Positions 57,771 to 64,000 of a stretch of 64,000 bases of DNA are shown piece by piece (the stretch's first letter is position 1; each line of letters opens with the position of its first letter). The notes under the pieces were generated by a model. The model searched no databases. It saw nothing but the letters and a program-made list of their open reading frames with translations, and was not told where the DNA came from. Made by a program: the position numbers and the translations under genes. Location of the stretch: IMG/VR virus record IMGVR_UViG_3300047476_002078, positions 42,802 to 106,801 of that record. One strand, written 5' to 3'. This stretch comes from a virus.

Positions 57771-58001
57771 ATGAATTTGTATTACGTTGAAGTAGCTCTA
57801 AGTTATAAAACTTCCGATGTTTATTATGTATGGGATTACGGCTTGCACACGATTGAGGAATACGTAGGTAGAAATGAAAACGGTGAGTTGAAGTTAAGGG
57901 ATTCAAGTCCGGAAGCTCATCTTAGTTTTAAAGATTTTTTGGATACTACAGAGTACCCCAATTATCGAGGCAGATTCACTAAATTTATAAAATGCTTTTG
58001 A
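57771..58001 (+). CDS. hypothetical protein
   Basis: 76 aa. Confidence 0.35.
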   Translation: MNLYYVEVALSYKTSDVYYVWDYGLHTIEEYVGRNENGELKLRDSSPEAHLSFKDFLDTTEYPNYRGRFTKFIKCF

Positions 58002-58037
58002 ACTAATTTTCTATAATATCACTATATTCGGAGAGAA

Positions 58038-58592
58038 ATGATGAACTGTGAACCACAACTAAATGTAGAAGCTAAAGAAATTAGTGTTTATAGAAACGTA
58101 TTACCTGAAAATCTTTGCAAACACTTGATTGAAAAATTGGAAGGAACTGAGTTTTTTCTGCCGACAAATAAAGCAAAATTAAAAGCCGTAAATTTAGAAG
58201 ACTTTCCTGACGATATGTTTGTAGTTAAAAATTTTGTTGAAATTTGTGCTAATAAATATTTGCAGCAATTCGATAAAAAATTATCAAGCGAGCATCTTGT
58301 ATTTGATTCGATGTTTGTGGCTCGTTACAACACTGGAGATGCTTTTCCTGTTCACCACGACTTTCTTAGCGGTAATATCTTTACAGTTATGGTTGTACTT
58401 AATGATGATTATGAAGGCGGAGATTTAATATTTCCGAAACAGCATGTTTCGATAAAAGGTGGAACGGGGGATATAATTATTTTCCCTACTCTTTTTATTT
58501 ATCCTCACGAAGTTACTACGATCACCAAAGGTTGTAGAAATGCAATATTTATACGACTTGGTTACGATACTCAAAAGATGAAATATGGTTAA
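58038..58592 (+). CDS. prolyl-4-hydroxylase-like 2OG-Fe(II) oxygenase
   Basis: FPVHHDF (HxD), distal His in IYPHEV, NAIFIRL. Confidence 0.55.
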   Translation: MMNCEPQLNVEAKEISVYRNVLPENLCKHLIEKLEGTEFFLPTNKAKLKAVNLEDFPDDMFVVKNFVEICANKYLQQFDKKLSSEHLVFDSMFVARYNTGDAFPVHHDFLSGNIFTVMVVLNDDYEGGDLIFPKQHVSIKGGTGDIIIFPTLFIYPHEVTTITKGCRNAIFIRLGYDTQKMKYG

Positions 58593-58685
58593 TAAAATAT
58601 GATTTTAAACATATTATCCTAATTTCTCCTCTCAAAAAATTATCGTTTTATACTTTTTAAAGTTTGTTAAAACTTTTTAAAAGGT

Positions 58686-59129
58686 ATGAAGATGGAAAAA
58701 TTGTTTCACCAGCATTTACTACTAAGAGCCTATGTTAAAAACCCTCCAAAACAAGAAGAGGTTTTGAATCAATGGATGCTAGAATTGATTCAAGACATTA
58801 AAATGGAAATCGCTGTTCCCCCTAGATCATGCTATGTAGATAAAGCAGGAAACGAAGGTTTGACAGGTTCTATAGCTTTCACTGGGGTTGCAAATATCCA
58901 AACGAGCCACTTTGCCATTCATATCTGGGATGGTTTAGAACTACCGAAAATTGAGATGGATTTGTATAGTTGTTCATGCTTTTCTGAAATGACTATTCTA
59001 AAAAAGTTGTCAGAGTGGGATTTAGTCAAATATTATTTTATAATGGTAGATAGAAATCAAATTCCATTTACCATAGTAAACCAAACGCAAGATGAAGTTT
59101 TATGGGATTCTCAAAAATTGCTAGACTAG
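58686..59129 (+). CDS. S-adenosylmethionine decarboxylase-like (SpeH class 1, pyruvoyl-dependent)
   Basis: TSHFAIHIWDG...MDLYSCS aligns with SpeH [23 protein letters not shown]. Confidence 0.5.
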   Translation: MKMEKLFHQHLLLRAYVKNPPKQEEVLNQWMLELIQDIKMEIAVPPRSCYVDKAGNEGLTGSIAFTGVANIQTSHFAIHIWDGLELPKIEMDLYSCSCFSEMTILKKLSEWDLVKYYFIMVDRNQIPFTIVNQTQDEVLWDSQKLLD

Positions 59130-59905
59130 CTAGAGACAAAGAGTTTATTGGTAAAACATTTAATTCAATTAAACTAATTAAAAGAGCTAAGGGTGATTCC
59201 AGAGCTACTTGGAAAGCGGAGTGCCTAGAGTGCGGTAAAAAATTTTATGTTTTAGAAAAGGTAGTTTTAAGCGGAAATAAAAAAAGCTGCGGATGTAAAA
59301 AGTTAAAATACTTATCTTTAGGCACAAAAATATCAGCTTATAAAAAGATAAAATCTCGTGGTGATAGGCTTATAGGGAAAAGGTTCGGCAAGTTAGAAAT
59401 ATTAAAAATTTATGAAATACAAGATAACTTTAAAAATAGAATTTACTGCGATGTAAAATGTGATTGCGGTAAAATAAAAAAAGTTAGATATGACTCCGTA
59501 AAAAACTCTAAATCTTGCGGTTGTTCAGTAATTCAGAAAAATAAGGAAAGGTCTAAAAAATTTTCTGCCGAAAACCACCTGTTTAAGCATACAAAAGCAA
59601 CTGCTAAAAAGAGAAATTTATCATTTACTTTAGATTTTATGACTTTTATATCTATTATAGAGAAAAATTGTTACTATTGCGGTCAGGAACCGACTTTATT
59701 TTATCTCAATGATAGTTCAAGATGTTTTCGTAACGGTATAGATAGAATGGATAATTCTAAAGGCTACGAAGAATCAAACTGTGTCCCTTGTTGCTACGTA
59801 TGTAATAGGGGAAAAAGTAATATGCTTATGAAGGATTGGTTGGATTATATCAATCGAATAGTAAATTTCTATAAATCAAGCGAATACAAAATAGACTTTC
59901 CGTAA
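59102..59905 (+). CDS. HNH homing-endonuclease-like protein with CGC zinc-finger repeats
   Basis: GIDRMDNSKGY...NCVPCCYVCNRGK HNH core; two SCGC repeats. Confidence 0.45.
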   Translation: MGFSKIARLARDKEFIGKTFNSIKLIKRAKGDSRATWKAECLECGKKFYVLEKVVLSGNKKSCGCKKLKYLSLGTKISAYKKIKSRGDRLIGKRFGKLEILKIYEIQDNFKNRIYCDVKCDCGKIKKVRYDSVKNSKSCGCSVIQKNKERSKKFSAENHLFKHTKATAKKRNLSFTLDFMTFISIIEKNCYYCGQEPTLFYLNDSSRCFRNGIDRMDNSKGYEESNCVPCCYVCNRGKSNMLMKDWLDYINRIVNFYKSSEYKIDFP

Positions 59906-59950
59906 ATTCATGCGGTACGATTTCCATATAGGGAGAAATACCGCATGAAT
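59906..59950 (+). promoter_or_regulatory. 12-bp inverted repeat enclosing RBS and start codon of 59945 gene
   Basis: ATTCATGCGGTA ... TACCGCATGAAT; loop contains TATAGGGAGA. Confidence 0.4.
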
Positions 59951-60211
59951 GATAAAGAAGATTTGATCGCTCTATTAAATGAAATTTTGTGTGAAGCTTA
60001 TCAAGATCACGAAGCTGAAGCTAAATTGTCTCTATCTATAATTAGAGAAAAACTTCAGCCTTTTTCGACTAAAGAATTTCCGTATTCTGTTCAAAGAAAA
60101 CTTCAAAAAGAGATTGATAAATTGACTAATATTTACAATTTTTATCAGTCTTTTCCGAACATTCCAGAACACATTCAAAATGAAGCTAGAGAGATGTTTT
60201 TAAAAAAATGA
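59945..60211 (+). CDS. hypothetical protein
   Basis: 88 aa. Confidence 0.4.
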   Translation: MNDKEDLIALLNEILCEAYQDHEAEAKLSLSIIREKLQPFSTKEFPYSVQRKLQKEIDKLTNIYNFYQSFPNIPEHIQNEAREMFLKK

Positions 60212-60591
60212 AGTTTTTAATTCATTCAATCCTAGAGAAATTTTTTCAAAAACTTTCAGTTTGGAATCATTTTCTTTTTTACGAAGAAAATAAACATTTA
60301 CCTACGACCAAATACAGACCTAGCAAAAAAGTTTCTCAGATATGTTCTTATTGCGGTAATCACTTTAAGGTAGGTTCAAATTTTGGTAAAACAGAAGTCA
60401 GAAAATTAACACCACTGTATTTCAAAGTGCGGAATGATAAAATCAGTATTTATCCTCAAGCTCACGAAGTTAAAGGATACATAAAATCTCAAACTTCTGA
60501 TTCAGATTTAACATGCCCTTTCTGTTTTAAAAAATTTTCTACGGCAGTATCATTTAAAACTCTCGATGTTATAGTTGTTCTTTTTTATTAG
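60208..60591 (+). CDS. hypothetical Cys-containing protein
   Basis: 127 aa, CxxC pairs. Confidence 0.4.
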   Translation: MKFLIHSILEKFFQKLSVWNHFLFYEENKHLPTTKYRPSKKVSQICSYCGNHFKVGSNFGKTEVRKLTPLYFKVRNDKISIYPQAHEVKGYIKSQTSDSDLTCPFCFKKFSTAVSFKTLDVIVVLFY

Positions 60592-60778
60592 CTATATGCT
60601 TGTCTAAACAATAGTCCCCAATTACGCACATAGCTAAGAACATTATAAATTCAGATACGGCTGACATTTCTATTTTTAATACCTGACCTGCTAAGATAAA
60701 AAACATACTGCCTATAAATCTCATAAAAAAGCCTTTTTACCGTAAAATATATTTGCTATTCTTTCACGGGAGGAATTT

Positions 60779-61042
60779 ATGGTCAATGACATTCAAAAAA
60801 TAGTTGAAACTTCTCACGCTCTTGTTAATCTTGTACATGCTTTTATTAACCACACTAGCGAACTTGAAGCAAAAAATAAAAAATTGAGAGAGTGTCTGGA
60901 ATTTTATTCAAAAAAAGAAAATTACCACGATCTTTTAGATTATAAAAATCTCCACTCCTTTACTAGAATAGGTTATCAAACTTCTTTAGGTGCAGATGAT
61001 GGTGAATTTGCTCGTAAAACTTTAAAGGAACTAAATGAGTAA
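60779..61042 (+). CDS. hypothetical protein
   Basis: 87 aa, RBS GGGAGG. Confidence 0.4.
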   Translation: MVNDIQKIVETSHALVNLVHAFINHTSELEAKNKKLRECLEFYSKKENYHDLLDYKNLHSFTRIGYQTSLGADDGEFARKTLKELNE

Positions 61043-61078
61043 TGAAGACACTATACTTTTAGTTCTCGTAATAACTTA

Positions 61079-61303
61079 TTGCTTAGTCAAAATTATAAAG
61101 GCTTTAAAAGAATGAAAATTACACAAGAAAAAATAGATGAATTTAGGAGAAACTCTGAGGAGCTTTTGATTGCCAAAAGGCAGCTTAAAGAACTTCAAGA
61201 AAGAATACTGCGTATTGAAGAACATCATTTTAATATTGTTGATTCGCTTCTAAACACGATTGAGCAACTACAAAAAGAAAACATAAGGTTGCAAGGAAAC
61301 TAA
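61079..61303 (+). CDS. coiled-coil small protein
   Basis: 74 aa. Confidence 0.35.
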   Translation: MLSQNYKGFKRMKITQEKIDEFRRNSEELLIAKRQLKELQERILRIEEHHFNIVDSLLNTIEQLQKENIRLQGN

Positions 61304-61401
61304 ATTGAAAAACATTTCAAAATGGATGTTTACTATATACTACGTTTTTATGGCTTTGTTTGGTATAAAAATTTTATCTGACATCATACGAGAAAAAATG
61401 T

Positions 61402-61986
61402 TCAGATAAATCCTGCTCTACACATGAGGGTAAACCTACCCTCTTCTGTTGACCTAACTCTGTGGCAAAAAGTAGGATTAGAAGATAACAATACAGCGAT
61501 TTTTCCCATTTTAGGTTCTATTGTTTTATGGGTTTTGGCGGTTGATTCTATACCTTCTCCATTTTCATCTAAATCCCATGTTCCGATCTCTAATTCACCT
61601 TCTTGATTCCATTCCGATAAATATAAACATAGATTTATATGAAAATTTCCAAAGTAGTCGTTGTGCCAATTTAACTCATTTCCTTTTTTATACTTAGCTA
61701 TGGAAATTTCAAAAAAATTAAATTCTCCAAAATTTTTGTGATAAAAACTAAAATCTGGTCTTTTTAAAATTTTTTTCCAAAATGATAAAAGATAAAGATA
61801 CTCAGGGGATTCATCTCCTGCCCAACTTCTACCCATATAAGGTTTGTATTTCTCATCACAAATGTAACCGTTTGTGCCAGAGTAAAATAATTCTACAGTT
61901 GAACAAAATGAGGATATAGAAAATAATAAATTTTCATCTAGTTGTATTTCTTCAAAACCTTGTGAAAATAACTGAGTTAGGTTCAT
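61402..61986 (-). CDS. prolyl-4-hydroxylase-like 2OG-Fe(II) oxygenase
   Basis: WHNDY (HxD), distal CHRVRS His/Arg. Confidence 0.5.
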   Translation of the reverse strand: MNLTQLFSQGFEEIQLDENLLFSISSFCSTVELFYSGTNGYICDEKYKPYMGRSWAGDESPEYLYLLSFWKKILKRPDFSFYHKNFGEFNFFEISIAKYKKGNELNWHNDYFGNFHINLCLYLSEWNQEGELEIGTWDLDENGEGIESTAKTHKTIEPKMGKIAVLLSSNPTFCHRVRSTEEGRFTLMCRAGFI

Positions 61987-62161
61987 TGATTTATTTTAGC
62001 AAATCAAATTTTAAAAAGAAATCATCCATTCACGTTTATAAAATGAAATAACGAGATATTTGCCAAGATTACCTGTGCAAAAAACGATTCCAAATTTGAC
62101 TGATTTTGTTTTAATTTTTAAAACTTCCATAAATAATGGACAATAATAATAAAATAATACT

Positions 62162-62371
62162 ATGCGTTATAGTATGGAAAAAGCATTAATTTTACAACGT
62201 ATTGAAAAAGCTAGAGCCTCTCTAAAAAACAGCTTTATGAAGTATGAGCATAGCTTTGCAAGTTTGGCGATTATGCTTGAAGAAGAACATTACTTTCCAG
62301 AAAAAATAATAAAAGACTTAGAAGAAATAGAAAATTTTATTCTATTTATGAATAAGCTCGAACAATCTTGA
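62162..62371 (+). CDS. hypothetical protein
   Basis: 69 aa. Confidence 0.35.
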   Translation: MRYSMEKALILQRIEKARASLKNSFMKYEHSFASLAIMLEEEHYFPEKIIKDLEEIENFILFMNKLEQS

Positions 62372-62683
62372 TAAAACATCATCTGAAGTGTGCCCATCCC
62401 AAACATGATTAGGGCTGTGTGTAAAATTCTTCTCCGCTAATTCTAAATAAATATTTGGCACATGGTAGCTAATCTGACCTTCTTCTAATTCCAAGTATAT
62501 ACAAAAAAAGTTTTCATAATCTTTTTTGTAGTAAACTTTATCTTTCCATTGCATACAGAGGGCTAGAAAAAGAAAATATCGGTGCTTATAAAGTTCTGTA
62601 AAAGTGTGGTATCCGTCAGAAATGTCATCGTTTACAATTTGAAAAGTCTTTCCCATAATATGATTAGAACTCAACTTTATCAC
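62342..62683 (-). CDS. hypothetical protein
   Basis: 113 aa. Confidence 0.4.
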   Translation of the reverse strand: MIKLSSNHIMGKTFQIVNDDISDGYHTFTELYKHRYFLFLALCMQWKDKVYYKKDYENFFCIYLELEEGQISYHVPNIYLELAEKNFTHSPNHVWDGHTSDDVLSRLFELIHK

Positions 62684-62698
62684 TTTGGAAATTAATTT

Positions 62699-63031
62699 AT
62701 GAAAATAATTGTAACAGGCGGAAGATTTTTTAACGATTACAGTAAAGTTGAAAAAGCTCTTAAAGAATTAAATCCTACTTTTATTATACAAGGCGGAGCG
62801 AGCGGAGCCGATAGACTTGCTATCCGATTCGCTTTAGAAAATAAAATCAAGTATCAAACATATCAGGCAGATTGGAACACTCACAAAAAAGCTGCTGGTC
62901 CCATTAGGAACAGGCTTATGCTATCTAATAATCAGGATGCTCTTGTGGTAGCTTTTGAAGGCGGAAAAGGTACTAAGAATTGTGTTGATACTGCCATATC
63001 TCTTGGTATGAAAGTGGTGGAGATAAATTAA
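62699..63031 (+). CDS. DUF2493 (YAcAr) SLOG-family protein
   Basis: IIVTGGR...IIQGGASGADRLAIRFA...ADWNTHKKAAGPIRNRLM matches DUF2493 signature. Confidence 0.55.
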   Translation: MKIIVTGGRFFNDYSKVEKALKELNPTFIIQGGASGADRLAIRFALENKIKYQTYQADWNTHKKAAGPIRNRLMLSNNQDALVVAFEGGKGTKNCVDTAISLGMKVVEIN

Positions 63032-63032
63032 A

Positions 63033-63227
63033 ATGGAAATCAAAACACAAAACTCTTGGCAAAGAATCGCTATCAGCACGGATAACTTTGATGACGGTAG
63101 AGGTGAATTAGCAGTTATTTTATATGTTCCGCATAAAGACTACCCTGAGCATGAACACATAGTTTTTGATAAAGAATCTGCGAAACAGCTTAGAGATTGG
63201 TTGGATGATTATTTAAAAAATCATTAA
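63033..63227 (+). CDS. hypothetical protein
   Basis: 64 aa. Confidence 0.35.
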   Translation: MEIKTQNSWQRIAISTDNFDDGRGELAVILYVPHKDYPEHEHIVFDKESAKQLRDWLDDYLKNH

Positions 63228-63459
63228 TAATATCAATTCTGTTTTTTATGAACCAATCTATTTCATCCCATTCTCTTTCGTTAAAATTTTCGTAGTTCAC
63301 GCACCCACAATGGCTTTGAAAAAGAAGATTACCTTTGTGAGATAAGTAGTGAAGAGAAACTCCGCAAAGAGAACACTCTCTAACTCTCATCCAGTGACCT
63401 TGATTTAATTTTTCTTTAACTTGTTCAAGCATATTACAATCCGTGTGGTTGAGATTCAA
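63190..63459 (-). CDS. Cys/His-rich hypothetical protein
   Basis: 89 aa, CxxC and HCGC. Confidence 0.35.
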   Translation of the reverse strand: MNLNHTDCNMLEQVKEKLNQGHWMRVRECSLCGVSLHYLSHKGNLLFQSHCGCVNYENFNEREWDEIDWFIKNRIDIINDFLNNHPTNL

Positions 63460-64000
63460 TTAAACCTAAATTAGTCATTTCCATGAAAGTGGCGTTTGAA
63501 TATATTTCTTGAATTGATTTAGCATTTAGATAAGTCATTCCTGATCTGATTCCACCGCATAATTGAGAGATAACTTTTTCTACAGAACCTTTTGAATTAA
63601 CAAAACAAGATTCACCTTCGGCGGAAATATTTTCAGCTATTGAACCTTTCCATGATACTTGAGCTTCTGTTGATGCCATTCCACGGTATCTTTTTTTGCC
63701 GTTTAGTATTTCGCCCGGTGTTTCATCACACCCTGAGAATAAAGAACCTGCCATAACAGTTTCCGCTCCGACTGCGAAGGCTTTAACAATATCTCCAGAG
63801 TTTTTTATCCCCCCATCTGCGATAACAGGGATGTCGTTTTTTTGAGCTTCTTGCACACACATCGCTAACGCTGTTAATTGAGGAACTCCACAACCTGTCA
63901 CTATTCTTGTGGTACACATTGAGCCGGGTCCGATACCGACTTTAATTGCATCCGCTCCATGTTCAATCAGTCTGCGAACTCCATCGAAAGTAGCAACATT
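63434..64000 (-). CDS. IMP dehydrogenase/GMP reductase family protein (C-terminal part; N-terminus beyond window)
   Basis: [22 protein letters not shown], catalytic Cys loop, [18 protein letters not shown]. Confidence 0.6.
   Translation of the reverse strand, partial: NVATFDGVRRLIEHGADAIKVGIGPGSMCTTRIVTGCGVPQLTALAMCVQEAQKNDIPVIADGGIKNSGDIVKAFAVGAETVMAGSLFSGCDETPGEILNGKKRYRGMASTEAQVSWKGSIAENISAEGESCFVNSKGSVEKVISQLCGGIRSGMTYLNAKSIQEIYSNATFMEMTNLGLIESQPHGL

Noticed and set aside
59926-59936. TATAGGGAGA identical to the 3' end of the T7 class III promoter
   Set aside because: Only 10-11 nt match. The GGGAGA doubles as a Shine-Dalgarno and the upstream part does not match the T7 promoter. A 10-mer is expected by chance about 0.1 times in 64 kb, so this is not strong.
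1-64000. Prophage/integrative element boundaries
   Set aside because: No integrase, excisionase, att-like direct repeats or host housekeeping genes are seen. The whole window looks like a lytic phage genome interior.

Overview
This 64 kb window reads as a densely packed bacteriophage (probably jumbo-phage-like) genome segment from a low-GC bacterial host, with an ADP-ribosylation module that is likely injected.

- **Coding structure.** About 120 short-to-medium genes sit on both strands, many with ATGA-type start/stop overlaps and Shine-Dalgarno sites. No integrase or rRNA is present. Lipoprotein-like signal peptides (xSSC lipoboxes) point to a bacterial host.
- **tRNAs.** Five tRNAs with encoded CCA ends decode A/U-ending codons: Gly-UCC, Leu-UAA, Met-CAU, Gln-UUG and Arg-UCU.
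- **Replication and repair enzymes.** These include a DnaQ-like 3'-5' exonuclease, an SNF2-type helicase with a VRR-NUC-like partner, an ATP-dependent DNA ligase, a 5'-3' exonuclease/FEN and a MazG pyrophosphohydrolase. There are also two HNH endonucleases and a partial IMPDH/GMP-reductase.
- **Accessory genes.** Three paralogous C5-cytosine DNA methyltransferases, four prolyl-hydroxylase-like 2OG-Fe(II) oxygenase paralogs, a SpeH-like S-adenosylmethionine decarboxylase, an NAD-dependent epimerase, two metzincin-like proteases, Hsp20, MgtC, an SPFH/flotillin protein and an RRM RNA-binding protein with an RG-repeat tail.
- **ADP-ribose/NAD module (most unusual).** A 725-aa protein ends in a PARP-type H-Y-E catalytic domain. 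Its N-terminal ~35-aa leader is shared with two unrelated proteins, suggesting a capsid-targeting or injection signal analogous to T4 Alt. A NADAR protein, a DUF2493/SLOG protein and a second Rossmann-like protein lie elsewhere in the window.
- **Non-coding regularities.** A 17-bp element GTGGAATCGGTATAGCC occurs five times about 20 bp upstream of start codons, making it a candidate phage-specific promoter. A palindromic CCGTAAAA / TTTAC-N-GTAAA element recurs in at least 16 intergenic regions, sometimes inside the spacer of sigma70-like promoters. Iteron-like ~54-bp repeats lie downstream of the tandem methyltransferases.
- **GC-rich island.** Positions ~41440..43110 have higher GC and carry 4x19-bp tandem repeats.
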